64,000 nt of DNA from Terriglobia bacterium (GCA_963664115.2 CAXWPJ010000005.1:1-64000), one strand, 5' to 3'. Numbered from the stretch's first letter, positions 41,491-53,346 are shown. Program-made: numbers and translations. The notes: generated from the sequence alone by a model not told the origin.

Positions 41491-43361
41491 CTAGAAATCG
41501 TTACATCGTAGTCTCGGTACGGACGAGAGGCGAGGAAACCCTGTATTGCAAGGGATCGCTCGGGTCCATTTTGAAATCCCTCTGTTGTTGCGACATCGAC
41601 CGCCGTTATCCCATTCATCAATTGATAGAACAGTTCAGTGCCGTCCGCTGACCACAGCGGTCCAAAAATGTTAACGGAGGCTTCCGTGACGCGATATGTC
41701 CGACCCGTTGGTGGGAAGGGCTGCACATAGACGTCACCGGCGGCACCAGCCTCATCGGAGCGGTAGGCAATCCAGTTTCCATCTGGTGAGAATGTAGCAC
41801 CCAACTGGGCGGTATCGGGGTCGTCATAAAAGAGTGTTGGCTCCGCTTCCGCCCCGCCATCGAGCGACAGCGTCCAGATACCACCATCTTGCACAAACAA
41901 AGGTGTGCGTCCTTGCGTAAAGATAAGAGTACGTCCATCAGGAGACCACCCAGTTGGAAGAAGGTAGGTGTCTTCTTCCGCTAAGAACAGCGCCTCTGCC
42001 ACGTCAGTCCCATCTGCGGACTGCCAATAAATGCCCTGCACCCCGTCTCTGTCGGACGTGAACGTCACGCGCTCACTATCAGGCGTCCAGAGAGGGAAAC
42101 CGTTGCTGCCTTCCGAAGTCTGGGTCAGCCGACGCATGGCCGTACTTCCAGATAGGTCATAGACAAAAATCGCACTCCCACCTTCACTCCTGGCTTCTAC
42201 AGCTAGGCGCGTGCCGTCAGGGGACAGACGTGGACCGACATAATCTTGCAGAGGTACGTCGAGGATTTCCTGAGTCCCGTCTCGGTTTACAAGAGCAAGA
42301 GCAACTCCTCCGCTCCCTGTATCGCCTGGAAGATAGGCGAGAGTGCCTGCTTCGGAAACAGCATACTGGGCGGTGTCGCTGCCAAGGTTCGTGGATCGCC
42401 GTGTGCCCTCGACGAGCGGCACGGCCCCGCCGGCGATTGTAAGTGTGTCAAGGTCGAACACGGAGGCGAACAGCGTGTTGCCCTGCGCGTACACGATGTG
42501 ACCCGTCGGCAGATACCGTGCTGCTCCGCCGCCGTCCCAGACCAGAGTGCGCTCGCTGCCACTGATTGACTGCACGACAATCTGGGCGGCGTCTCCAAAA
42601 GCGCCGACCGCGTTCGCAGGATCCTCGAGAGTTCGTGTAAACAGTACCTGCTCGCCACCGGGCAGAATCTGCGGACTGTCGAACATCTCATCCTCCCCTC
42701 TCGTCACGAGCACCTCAGGCGCCCCCCCATTCGCTGGAATGCGAAGAATGCCATCTTGGTGGGCAAACACCATCGTTTCAGGTGTGGGCCAGGACAGACC
42801 GATCTGGAAGCCCGACTCAAAAACCGTCACCGGCGTCCCTCCAGACACCGGCACTCGCTTCAGGAGACTCTCGGTGGGACTCAGCACGTGTATGTAGGCC
42901 AGCCACTCACCATCCGGGGAGAAGACCGGCGTCGCAGGGCCACCGTCGGGTTCATCTGTGCCAGGAACAGGTAGGGAGTCGGTTTGGTTGAAGTCTCGGA
43001 GATGCAGTTGGCCGTTCGCGACATACGCCATCCGCATCCCGTCCGGTGACAGCGCGACCATCGAGAGTTCCGGCCTCGAGAACTGCTGCCCTTCCGGTAA
43101 CAGAAACGGGAAGCGAGTGACGGAACCGGACTCGGGCAGTGGCACGGGCTTTAGGCTCCATGCCGCCAAACCGGTGACTGCTGCGACCAAAACGATCAAC
43201 GCGATCCACCGAAGTCTGGATTGTGGCGCTTGGACAACCTCAATAACGGGCTGCACGACTACTCCGGCGGGATCAGCCAAAACTTTTTGAACGTCCACTC
43301 GTGCGTCGGCAATGGCGTGGTATCGATTCTTCGCTTCTTTCTCCAAGCAGCGCTCCAACAA

Positions 43362-44245
43362 GAGTTATAACCGAATCTGGTGTTTGAGGGATTGAATAAG
43401 AGCGGCGTATCTGGTTGATTTGTTGTGACAAAACTTCAAAGCAACCATAGGAGATACGCCACTGTGAGCAAGAGTAACGTGAATGGACCGGAAGGTCGAG
43501 AAACGATTGAGGATCCAGTAACAGAACTACTACGAGTTGGGGCACAGCAACTGATCCAACGCGCAGTGGAAGCCGAATTGGCAGAGCTGCTATCCCAGCA
43601 CGGTGGCCGGCGAACTGAGACAGGAAACGCCGGGGTGGTACGCAACGGTTATCTGCCGGAACGCGAACTGCAGACGGGATTGGGTCCGGTAACAGTCCAA
43701 ATCCCGAAGGTCCGTGCCAAGACGGGCGAAGCTGTGACGTTCCGATCGGCCCTGGTACCACCGTACATTCGGAAGACGAAGTCGCTGGAAGCAGCGGTGC
43801 CGTGGTTGTATTTGAAAGGCGTTTCCAGCGGCGAGATGGGTGAGGCCCTAAAAGTTCTTGTCGGTCCCCAGGCGCAGGGTCTGTCGGCGAGCACGGTATC
43901 GCGGTTGAAACAGGTTTGGGGCGAACAGTACCGCCTCGGACGAGGAGCGTTTGGATGCAGATCGCTGGGTCATGTCTGGGCCGACGGCATCTACAGCGGA
44001 CTTCGGGCGGAACAAACCAAGTTGTGTGCATTGGTCGTGATCGGCATGAACGCGGAGAGAAGCGTTTCCGCCGAAGACGGTGTACGGGTCGACACTGGCG
44101 CGAGGTCTGAAGCGAAGTCCCATGTTCCGAAGTTGGCCACGATCAACGAAATCTATCCCGATCCAACCGAAGTCTGAACGATGCCTGTCGGTCCAGGCGA
44201 AGGCGAAACAGGCCCTGCACTCGATCTGGCAGGCCGAGACGAAGG
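43362..44245 (+). mobile_element. IS256-family element, copy 2 (partial, garbled)
   Basis: Left end matches copy 1; decays after about 43940 and has no right end. Confidence 0.75.
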
Positions 44246-45061
44246 CAGTTGGACAACCTCAATAACGGGCTGACACGGGCACGACTGATGTTCAAACTCC
44301 GGCGGGATCAGCCAAAACTTTTTGAACGTCCACTCGTGCGTCGGCAATGGCGTGGTATCGATTCTTCGCTTCTTTCTCCAAGCAGCGCTCCAACAACTCG
44401 CCAATCCTTGGATGGAGGTTCGGAGGTAGAGCCGCAAACTCCGGCTGTCTCTCTAGCACCCGAGCCAAGGTGAGGGAAACGTCATCACCTGCAAAGACGG
44501 AATGTCCAGTCAACATCTCAAATAGGACACAACCGAAAGCCCACACATCCGTGCGGTTATCGACTTCTCGCCCTCGTGCTTGCTCCGGCGACATGTACGC
44601 TGCAGTACCCAGAATGATTCCTTCTTGCGTGGCCTGCATACTTAGGGTTGGTGATTTGGAAAGGTTTACATCGGAGTCTCCTGAAAATGCCTTGGCTAAA
44701 CCGAAGTCCAGCACCTTCACTTTGCCGTCGGGAGTCACCTTGATGTTGTCCGGTTTCAGGTCTCGGTGAATGACACCATTTTCGTGTGCTGCTTCGAGAG
44801 CTTCTGCAATTTGCAACGCGAGCTTCAGAGACTCTTCAACTGGAATCGCGCCCTGCTTGATGCGATCGCCCAGGGTGGGGCCTTCGACGAGTTCGAGCAC
44901 AAGGAACCCCGTACCCTCGTGTTCTTCCAGTCCGTAGATTGCTGCGATGTTGGGATGATTGAGAGACGCAAGTAGCTGTGCTTCTCTACGGAAACGAGCT
45001 ACGCGGTCGCCGTCCTGTGCAAATTCCTCGGGCAGCGTTTTGATAGCGACTTCACGACCTA

Positions 45062-46212
45062 GTGTACCCCGCTCGAAGTAATGTAACTAAAATAGCTTTC
45101 CAACGTCCAATAGAGAATGAGGAAAGCACCGACCATTGAATTGGATGACAAGCAGCGGATGGAGTTGGAGCGACTGAGTCGAAGCCGGAGTACATCGGTC
45201 CGGTTGGCGGAACGATCCCGAATTGTATTACTGGCCGCTGAAGGTCGGAACAATTATGAGATCGCCGCCCGCTTGGAGATCACGCGCCAGAAAGCGGGCC
45301 GCTGGCGCAATCGTTTTGTGGAACAGGGCTTGGCTGGGATCGAAAAGGATGCGCCGCGAAGCGGACGGATTCCCACGATCAGTCGCCGGAAGCGAGCCCG
45401 GATCGTCAAGAAGACACTGGAAGAGAAGCCCCCGAACGCGACGCACTGGAGTCGGGCCTCGATGGCGAAGGCCGTTGGCGTGAGCGAGTCCACGGTCGGG
45501 AAAATCTGGCGGGTCCATGGACTGAAGCCTCATCTGTCACGAACCTTCAAACTATCCAACGACAAACGATTCGCCGAAAAGCTGGAGGATGTGGTCGGTC
45601 TGTATCTGAGCCCACCGGAAAACGCCATTGTCTTGTCCTGCGATGAGAAGAGCCAGATGCAGGCCCTGGACCGCACGCAACCCGGGTTACCTCTGAAGAA
45701 GGGGCGGTGTGGCACCATGACCCACGATTACAAACGTAACGGGACAACCACGCTTTTCGCCGCGCTCAACATCCTGGACGGTTCGGTCATCGGAACCTGC
45801 ATGCCAAAGCATCGCCATCAGGAATGGATCCGGTTTCTGAATCAGATCAAACGCGCCATGCCGAAAGATAAGGAGATCCACATTATTTGCGACAACTATG
45901 CGACTCACAAACATCAGAAAGTCGTCAACTGGCTCAAGCGTAACAAGCGTTTTCATGTGCACTTCACGCCAACCAGTGCGTCGTGGCTCAACATGGTCGA
46001 GCGCTTTTTCCGGGATCTGTCCGAGCAACGACTCCGGCGTGGCGTTTTCCGCTCGGTCCCCGAGTTGATCCAGGCCGTGGAGGACTACCTCGCTCGTCAC
46101 AATGAAGACCCGAAACCCTTCATCTGGACTGCAACGGCTTCCGACATCCTTGCTAAAGTCCAGCGCGGCCGGCGAAATCTTGATAAGTTACAGTCTGTTT
46201 AACGGGGACCAC
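45062..46212 (+). mobile_element. IS630-family element (transposase 45117-46202)
   Basis: DEK, DNYATH, SWLNMVE DDE motifs; ends GTGTACCCCG / CGGGGACCAC in a CTAG context. Confidence 0.9.
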
Positions 46213-46260
46213 TAGGGCACCGGCACCCGCTCCTTCAGTTCTTCAAACCGATTCAGGACG
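46212..46260 (-). repeat. Orphan kinase 3' tail (VLNRFEELKERVPVP*)
   Basis: Begins 7 nt after the stop of 46268-47743. Confidence 0.85.
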
Positions 46261-46267
46261 TGCTGTA

Positions 46268-47743
46268 CTACTCTCGCCTCAGAATAAAAAGACCGGCACC
46301 TACTCTATCGGACGCATAGAGCAGCCCTAGATGATCGATGGCCACGTCGTTGATCTGGATAACGGTCGGCTGGCCGGGTTGGATGGGGTGGGAGTTCTCA
46401 TTCGGGCTGGGAATGTAATAGCCGACTTCAATCATGTTGTAAGGATCCGAGACATCGACGACCCTTAACCCTGCATTGAAGTAGGGAACGTAAGCGATTT
46501 TATCGTCGAATCTGTTAAGCACTCCATTGATCGTCTCCGCAAATTGATGAGGTCCGAAACGACCTCCCTTCTCGCAGAAACCAGCATCCGGAACCTGCCA
46601 CGTATCCACCGGGTAGGGGACGCCCGTTTCGTCGGCATGCGTCATGTCGAACATGTAGATCTTCGTTCTGACGGGATCGGCACACCCTATATCCGGATTA
46701 GTGGCTTCATCCGCAACCAAGGCATACGCCCTCGGAAAGGAATCTCGCCCGAAGTTGGGGACGTCATCATAGAATATGGGTGCTACAGTGTGGGTTCCTC
46801 TTCCCGGTGGCTCGGTATCGATACGCCAAACCAGCTCAGGATTGGACGGATCCTCGATATCAAAGGAAACGACGTCTCCTCCACCCAAATAGGCTCCGTA
46901 GACCCTGTTGTTCTGTTCGTCCACGATGGGATGGTGCCAGTTGTTCCCATTTGAAGTCTCAGGTTCGCTCGTTCTTTGCCCCGGCAACCAAGCCCGCCCA
47001 ACGAAATCAGGGTTCGCGGGATCGGTGAGATCGAAAATCACTAGATGGTTTCCGTTGCGAAAACCCGGTTCGTTGGCTGCGCTGTAGTACAGGCCAGTCT
47101 CGGGCGACCACCAGCCTTTGTGCACGGACGCTAGCAATCCGCCGCACCCCTGCCCACAGGAATCTTCCGGTGTTCCCGTGATCTCTGCGACCAAGCGAAT
47201 CTGAGACGGATCCGTGTCTCTAGAAGTGATATCGAAGATCTGAAACTTCGCAAACCCCTCTCCCTGGGAATTTCGTATCAGGTAGTCTCTCCCCAGGGGA
47301 TTGGAATCGAAAGCGTAGTCATACACGACTGAAGTCGAGCGGGAGTTGGCGCTGAGAGTATTCGGTATGTGCCAGACCAATTCCGGATTGGCTGGATCGG
47401 AGACGTTCAGTATCGAAGTCCCGTTCCATTCCATTTGGCTGGTGATGGGGTTGAAGCGTTGGGTCTCGTCCCAGGCGTTCTCCGAATGCCCTACGTACAC
47501 CCACTCGCCGTTGGCTTCATCCCCTTTTGCCGTTACCTGGAGCGACTCACGGCCCTGTAAGTCATGGTGACCAACGAACTCGACGTTCTGGGCTTCAGCA
47601 ACATCCTGAGTCGCGGCGGCGTTGGTCAGGGTCGTCGACAGCACCATCAGCGGAAGCGCTGAGCAGACAGCGAAGGATAGTCTTATTATTGCCCGCCGTA
47701 TCAGTCGTTTCATTCCTGCAAGAGTGTTCTGCTTGGTCATCAC
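46268..47743 (-). CDS. Secreted LVIVD-repeat beta-propeller protein
   Basis: Signal peptide; NVEFVGHHDLQGR, ILNVSDPANP, GRFGPH, YFNAGLRVVDVSDPY, DRVGAGLFIL. Confidence 0.82.
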   Translation of the reverse strand: MMTKQNTLAGMKRLIRRAIIRLSFAVCSALPLMVLSTTLTNAAATQDVAEAQNVEFVGHHDLQGRESLQVTAKGDEANGEWVYVGHSENAWDETQRFNPITSQMEWNGTSILNVSDPANPELVWHIPNTLSANSRSTSVVYDYAFDSNPLGRDYLIRNSQGEGFAKFQIFDITSRDTDPSQIRLVAEITGTPEDSCGQGCGGLLASVHKGWWSPETGLYYSAANEPGFRNGNHLVIFDLTDPANPDFVGRAWLPGQRTSEPETSNGNNWHHPIVDEQNNRVYGAYLGGGDVVSFDIEDPSNPELVWRIDTEPPGRGTHTVAPIFYDDVPNFGRDSFPRAYALVADEATNPDIGCADPVRTKIYMFDMTHADETGVPYPVDTWQVPDAGFCEKGGRFGPHQFAETINGVLNRFDDKIAYVPYFNAGLRVVDVSDPYNMIEVGYYIPSPNENSHPIQPGQPTVIQINDVAIDHLGLLYASDRVGAGLFILRRE

Positions 47744-47850
47744 CTACACCGTAACAAAGTTGGACGGAAGTGAGCCTCGAAAATCTTCGCAAATTCAACT
47801 ACAGGCATGATTGATAAGCAAGAAAGTTGTCAACTCGCTTTTCTTGGGTG

Positions 47851-47878
47851 ATTCTCAACGTCCGAGAAGATGATTTAT
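47851..47878 (-). repeat. Recombination site, 3' part (split by IS110; 5' part at 49337-49346)
   Basis: Joining the flanks gives TCAAGTCCTG|ATAAATCATCTTCTCGGACGTTGAGAAT. Confidence 0.85.
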
Positions 47879-47993
47879 TGATGGTATGGACTCCTCTTTG
47901 ATGACTGAGTCGGCATCGAAGTGCCAAAGTCATTTTGAGCCTCGCAATAAAGCGGGCGAAACACGTGTACGTGTGAACAAAAAGGAGTCCGAG

Positions 47994-49028
47994 ATGAAGA
48001 ATAGAACGATAGCAGTGGATCTGGCAAAGAATGTTTTTCAAATTGGTGTTTCAGATCGCCCCGGGCATGTAGAGAAAACCTATCGTTTAAGTCGGGCAAA
48101 GTTTCTGGGGTTCTTTGCGAACCAGGAGCTGGCGACCGTGGTGATGGAAGCCTGCGGATCCGCCCATTACTGGGGTCGGAAGATCCGGGAACTGGGACAC
48201 ACGGTCGTTCTGATCTCGCCGCAGTATGTGACGCCCTACGTCAGGCGCAACAAGACCGACCGTACGGATGTGAAAGGATTGTTGGAAGCCTATCGTGACA
48301 GCGATATTCATCCAGTGCCGGTCAAAACCCTGGCCCAACAGCAACTGACCTCATTGCATCGAATCCGTTCGGCGTGGATGCGAACCCGAACCGCACGGAT
48401 CAATACGGTGCGGGGGTTGTTACGGGAGTTTGGCTACGTGATCCCGACCGGAGCGGATCATCTGGTGCCGGGGGTAATGGAGCTGATCGAAGATGCAGAT
48501 GTCGTCATCCCCAGTGTCGTTCGGGAGATGTTTCACCAGGTGTGTGGCGAGATCCGTGAATTGGAATCTCGCATGCGATCGGTGGAACAAGAGTTGAAGA
48601 CGCTGGCTCGGCAGATGCCTGAGGTCGCGCGTCTGACGTCGATTCCCGGCATCGGCCTGTTAACGGCAACGGCAATGGTGGGGTTTGTTGGAAACATCAA
48701 ACGATTCCGAACGTCCCGCCATTTTGCCAGTTATCTGGGACTCACACCCCGGGAACATTCCAGTGGCAACCAGCGACGCATGGGCCGGATCAGTAAGCAA
48801 GGCGATCGTTACCTCCGGATGCTGTTGGTTCATGGGGGCCGTTCCCTGTTGTGGAGTGCCCATCGAGAGGGCGCCACACCGACACCTCTCCAGCAATGGG
48901 GTCTCCAGAAACACGAGTTCCGCGGACACAACAAGGCAATCGTTGCACTGGCCAACAAGTTGGCGCGTCGCGTGTGGGCGGTTTGGAACCGTGACTGTGA
49001 CCATCAGGCCCGGTATCAGGCGGCCTGA
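47994..49028 (+). CDS. IS110-family DEDD transposase
   Basis: AVDLAKNVFQ, MEACG, KTDRTD, IPGIG, GLTPREHSSG, ALANKLAR. Confidence 0.93.
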   Translation: MKNRTIAVDLAKNVFQIGVSDRPGHVEKTYRLSRAKFLGFFANQELATVVMEACGSAHYWGRKIRELGHTVVLISPQYVTPYVRRNKTDRTDVKGLLEAYRDSDIHPVPVKTLAQQQLTSLHRIRSAWMRTRTARINTVRGLLREFGYVIPTGADHLVPGVMELIEDADVVIPSVVREMFHQVCGEIRELESRMRSVEQELKTLARQMPEVARLTSIPGIGLLTATAMVGFVGNIKRFRTSRHFASYLGLTPREHSSGNQRRMGRISKQGDRYLRMLLVHGGRSLLWSAHREGATPTPLQQWGLQKHEFRGHNKAIVALANKLARRVWAVWNRDCDHQARYQAA

Positions 49029-49049
49029 CCCGAAACAGTCGGAATATCT

Positions 49050-49240
49050 TTTCAGCGAGCTGCGATGAGGTTCGAGATGATGGCGTACCGGTCAGACCGG
49101 CGCGGGGCAACGCCGACAAGTCCTTTGGCCCTTAGAGGCCGTTATTTTATCGGTTGGCTCCCCGCGCGCAAATTTCCATCATGGCCTGGAACAATACAGT
49201 TCCACTTTTGAGGCCGAAGATACGGGTGCAGTCGACTAGC
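49050..49240 (+). ncRNA. Putative seekRNA / bridge RNA of the IS1111-type element
   Basis: Downstream non-coding region contains CAAGTCCT and TTTAT (match target flanks) and CCATCA and AGATA (match IS ends). Boundaries approximate. Confidence 0.55.
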
Positions 49241-49355
49241 TACTCACCTCGTAACTTCTAGTCAGTCCTGCTGAATGCATTTTGCCGAAGAAAGCTGACG
49301 GGAGAGCTGCGCCTACTTGACAGAGGAGTCCAGATACAGGACTTGACCTCGAAAA

Positions 49356-49412
49356 TCAGGGCACCGGCACCCGTTCCTTCAGTTCTTCAAACCAGTTCAG
49401 GACGATGTTGAT
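49356..49412 (-). repeat. Orphan kinase 3' tail (INIVLNWFEELKERVPVP*)
   Basis: Followed after 9 nt by the site. Confidence 0.88.
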
Positions 49413-49637
49413 TACTGAAGGTTCAGCTCAAGCAGCGTTCCGCTCTGGTAGAAGGATCCCACCACGCCCAAGCAAGACTGTCCTCCTATGCCAATAAAGA
49501 GAATCAACGGTCGTCTAGCCGCATGCGGAAACAACAGTTCAGCCCTCGTCGTGGCACCCGCCCCGCCAGGGCGATCTTGAAGGACTGCTGTTCCTCCTGT
49601 ATCCAGATCCGCCCGCTGGTGGGAGAAACATCAATTC

Positions 49638-51701
49638 TCAGAAGATCTCCGGTACTGAAAACACCAGAATACCCTGATTGCGCATGTCGGAGACGATCAC
49701 TTCCTGATCTTCCGGGTTCAGAACCACTCCGAAAGGCTTCTTGAGCTGGGTTGTAGGGCCCACAGGGATTTTCCAAATCGGAGGAACATCCCCGTTATCA
49801 TCGTAACTCCAGACGCCTATAAACGCTTCCTCCGGTTCCATTTGATCTTGAATCCCTGGCATCGCGGCAATGATCAGCCTCCGCTGGGGATACATCTGCA
49901 TCTGGTTGATCCGGATAATTTCCGACTTCGGACCGCGGATAACAGCCCGTGGCGCTACGTTTCCTTCGTCCGTCCGGTTAAACACCAGGATTGCGCCTGT
50001 CTCCGAGTCACTTCTCCCTATGCTGGCCCTATAGGTTCCGAAGTTGCTCTGTGTTCCGACGACCAGAAGATCGTTGATCGGATCCACGGCAATCGCATGA
50101 AGTCTCCCCAACCTGGTGTCCGGGCCCTTGATCACTCGAATCGGTGCAACGTCACCGTTGGCTTCGCGCGGATAGACCTTAATACTGTCGTTGGTGTAGG
50201 TGAAAATCTCATCGTGAATGTTGTCCACGTCCAGCCGGTCGCTGATCGGCCCGGTTCTGGGGCCCTGGATAGTGCGAATGGGCGACTCCTGTCCATCGGC
50301 TCCTCCGGCGAACGTCAGTATGGCCTCTCCATAAGGGACAGGTACAACGATTTCATCGTTGACCGCGTCGTAGCGTATGTCATGCATGGTGCGGGACAGC
50401 CTGCTGGCCTGTCCATAGAGTGTTCGGACCGGTGTTTCTCCTCCGTCCGCCAACCTGGCGAACATCGCAATCTGCGGATGCGCCACTCAGTTGGGCACCA
50501 GGATCTGTCCCCGTCTGCTGTCGTAGCCAACGGCTCCGGGATTGCCGATCATGAGGCTCTCCGTCCCTACTGGCGCTCCTCGAATCGTTCTAATGGGTTC
50601 GACATCCCCATTGGCCGTCACCGGGAAAACCGTAACCGAGGGGGTTCCCATGCTCGCCACAAACAACTCGTCCAGTCGTTCATCCAGCGCAATACCAGGA
50701 GGATGTTGGATTCCGGTATTGGGTCCCGCGATGACGCGGATCGGAGCCACATCGCCTTCGGCCGAGGCGTCGAATATCAGTATGGAGCTGTCGGCATCAT
50801 TGGCCACAAACAGTTCCTGCCTTTCATTGTGCAGTGCCATGTGTGAAGGCCAATTCATTAACGTTCGAGGTCCTTCGATAGTCCGAAGAGGTGCCGTATT
50901 TCCTGAAGCGTTCAGGGGATACACGGTGATTGATGGCAGCTCAAAGCTGCCATAGGTTTCACCGGTCTCCGGATTCAGGTTTTGAGCATTGCCGAAATTG
51001 CTCACGTACATGAGATTGTTTGTCGTGTCCAGGGCAATCCCGTGCGGATCTTCCAGTTGCGTATCCGGTCCTTCGAGAGTCCGAAGTGGTTGTTCTTCAC
51101 CTTCGGCCTGCTTGCGGAACACATGCACGTAACCGCTCTGATTCACGACGAACAACTCCTGCCGTACTTCGTCCGCGGCAACGGAGAATCCACGAATGCT
51201 TGCCAGGAACCGATCCGGCGCGACGTTGCCCCGGGCGTCTGTCGAAAAAACCGGCAACCAACGCTGCGTATCATTGTTGAGCACATAGATGTCCAGGGTC
51301 ACCGGGTCAATGTAGACCCCACACATCATTTCGGCTTTTGTGTTGGTTCCCGAAATGACACGTCGGGGTTCTGTGAAACGGGCTTGAGGCGGCGTATCTT
51401 CGCGACTGTCATACTCCAGGATCTGAAACAAATTCTCGTCCGTGACCACCAGCATGTTGTTTTCGGAATTGACGGCCACGGCGCTAAACGCCGGATTCGG
51501 ATCTCGGATGAAACGCAGCGGAGGTCGCTCAATCACCACCGGCGTCCTGTCCTCCTGGCCCTGCACCGCCGTCACGGCCGCAGACGCAACCCCGGCAACG
51601 TCGCCGCTATCGATTAGAACGGCTTGAGCCATCCAGACGATCAATCCCGCTAAGACGAGCTGAAGTCGCCAACCTTTCCCGTCGCGAAAAGTTTTAGCCA
51701 T
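49638..51701 (-). CDS. Secreted NHL-like beta-propeller protein, probable selenoprotein (in-frame TGA 50487-50489)
   Basis: Repeats GxVAPIRxIxG...L..P.GIALD. Two abutting in-frame ORFs; TGA and downstream hairpin conserved in the paralog 53843-56008. Confidence 0.75.
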
Positions 51702-51857
51702 TGCTCAACCTCCAATGGGAGAACCCTTATGTACTTGAATATTGGCGCGATTATCAGAGGACCGATAATCAAAGTCAAGCGTATGGGCGAATGTGAAGAC
51801 TTTTGGCAACAAAGCAGGTGTGGGTATGTGACGATTCCAACGCTTGAGCAAGGGGGC

Positions 51858-51983
51858 TGGCAGGGTCTTGATCGCCACTTTACGCCCGAGCTTCGTGTCA
51901 CGAGCACGCCACACTTCTCCCATACCACCTTTGCCGAGGAGTGTGCCGATCTCGTAGTGGCCCAGTTTGGTGCCAGATTCCAT
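51858..51983 (-). pseudogene. Orphan kinase 5' stub ([12 protein letters not shown]...VAIKTLP)
   Basis: First 42 codons of the kinase family, then unrelated sequence. Confidence 0.85.
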
Positions 51984-52056
51984 CGTTATAGTGTGTCGCT
52001 GAAATACAGTGAAAAACTCTGCAAAGGATACTAAGGCAGGAAGTTAGGCGCTATTA

Positions 52057-52097
52057 AATTCTCAAGTCCTGAGAAACGACATTCTCGGACCTTGAGA
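52057..52097 (+). repeat. Recombination site flanking the recombinase (ACGACA spacer)
   Basis: AATTCTCAAGTCCTGAGAA-ACGACA-TTCTCGGACCTTGAGA. Confidence 0.85.
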
Positions 52098-52188
52098 CTT
52101 TGATTGGCAGCTCGACACAGCACGGCCGTATATAAGGCTCTCTAACTCTCTTAAGAATGTGTGGCTTCGCCTATTTTCCGGTGAATGG

Positions 52189-53139
52189 CTATGCGCCTTC
52201 CAGACCCAACCGATCATTTACTGCATGACGCAGTTTCTGTTTGCAGCCCAGGTAGCGTTCCGTCGTCAACACTGAGGAATGACCCAGCAGGAACTGAATC
52301 TGCTCAATCTCGCCCCCGGCCTGGTAGCACAACCGAGCGCAGGTCCGACGCAGATCGTGTGGGGCAAGTTGGCTGATCTCCGATCGCTTTGCAACTTGCT
52401 TGATAATTCGCCAGACGACTTTTCCAGACAGACCGTCACCCCAGACACCTCCATAACGGTTCACTCTGCGAAAAATTCTTCCAGCACTAATTCCGGCCGA
52501 CCGTGTCCAGTTGTCCAATGCAGCTTTGACCCAGTCCGGCATTGGCACGGTTCTAACGCGTCGACCTTTGCCGATAAGATCCGCAATGATCCAGTGGTCT
52601 TCCCGGACCTGCAAATTCTCGACTCGCAGATCTACCAACTCAGATCGTCTTAAACCACATCCGAGGAGTACGGCAACGATCGCGCGATCTCGAAGGCCCC
52701 GGAGGTCGTCAGACTTGAAGCCAGTTAATAAGGTCCGCCCTTGCTCGGCCGTGAGCCAGTTGCCTATGATTCGTCCCTTTGATTTTGCTCCCTTGACATG
52801 CTGGATTCCCGCTGCCAACTCGGGACTCAGGAGTCCGCAATCCGAAGCCTCATGCGCCAAACGGCGAACAGCAGCCAGGTGCACATTGATGGTCGAAGCG
52901 GCGAGGTTTCTTTCCTTCAGATAGGTTTTGTATCGTCGAACAACAGTCCGGTTGAAAGCAAGGCGGGGCTCTGAACAATACCATCGTATGAATTCGTCAA
53001 TTGCTCGTCGATATGATCTTTGTGAACTTTCTGACGCCAGTGAAGCCAAGACCGCGGCCCTGGATTGTTCAAGGTCTGGCAGCTTGAGGGTCGTCTTCAT
53101 CCGTGACTTTTTCCGCTTCTTATCCGTTTCTCTTTTCAT
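52189..53139 (-). CDS. Stand-alone tyrosine recombinase (Xer-like size, no arm-binding domain)
   Basis: GCGLRRSE, GKG, HDLRRT, LGH, TERY catalytic set; GGAGG RBS. Confidence 0.92.
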   Translation of the reverse strand: MKRETDKKRKKSRMKTTLKLPDLEQSRAAVLASLASESSQRSYRRAIDEFIRWYCSEPRLAFNRTVVRRYKTYLKERNLAASTINVHLAAVRRLAHEASDCGLLSPELAAGIQHVKGAKSKGRIIGNWLTAEQGRTLLTGFKSDDLRGLRDRAIVAVLLGCGLRRSELVDLRVENLQVREDHWIIADLIGKGRRVRTVPMPDWVKAALDNWTRSAGISAGRIFRRVNRYGGVWGDGLSGKVVWRIIKQVAKRSEISQLAPHDLRRTCARLCYQAGGEIEQIQFLLGHSSVLTTERYLGCKQKLRHAVNDRLGLEGA

Positions 53140-53229
53140 AGTCGTGCCTCCATTTCAAATTGAACAAGGGAGGCAGATTTTCTGGAAAACAAGGCAAAAC
53201 ACTGAAATAGAGGGCTTGTCACGCCGGCG

Positions 53230-53272
53230 ATTCTCAAGGTCCGAGAATGTCGTTTCTCAGGACTTGAGAATT
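53230..53272 (-). repeat. Recombination site flanking the recombinase (ACGACA spacer), inverted
   Basis: 53232-53272 is the exact reverse complement of 52057-52097. Confidence 0.85.
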
Positions 53273-53346
53273 TAATAGCGCCTAAGTTCCTGCCTTAGTA
53301 TCCTTTGCAGAGTTTTTCGCAGCTTTTTCAGCGACACACTTTAAAC

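Larger units (their letters stand above)
39672..45060 (-). pseudogene. Second Ser/Thr kinase-TolB propeller gene, disrupted by IS630, IS256 and IS1380
   Basis: Kinase domain 45060-44292, propeller 43361-41495, tail FLVALPEG...INIVLNWFEELKERVPVP* at 39776-39672. First ~31 codons missing at the IS630 junction. Confidence 0.85.
47879..49336 (+). mobile_element. IS110-family, IS1111-subgroup element
   Basis: Sub-terminal IRs TGGACTCCTCT / AGAGGAGTCCA set 8 and 4 nt in from the ends; long 3' non-coding region; no target duplication. Confidence 0.88.

Noticed and set aside
43940-44400. Duplicated kinase segment read as a long target-site duplication
   Set aside because: IS256 makes 8-9 bp duplications. 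This stretch mixes IS and kinase sequence and looks misassembled.
52057-52097. Sites read as dif/pdif or as intrinsic terminators
   Set aside because: No resemblance to the XerD arm TTATGTTAAAT, and no U-tract. Copies also occur upstream of genes, and the primary sequence is conserved.
52189-53139. Classical integron (IntI with attC sites)
   Set aside because: The sites are about 42 bp and lack consistent RYYYAAC/GTTRRRY ends, and no IntI-specific insertion is evident. An HMM search would settle it.
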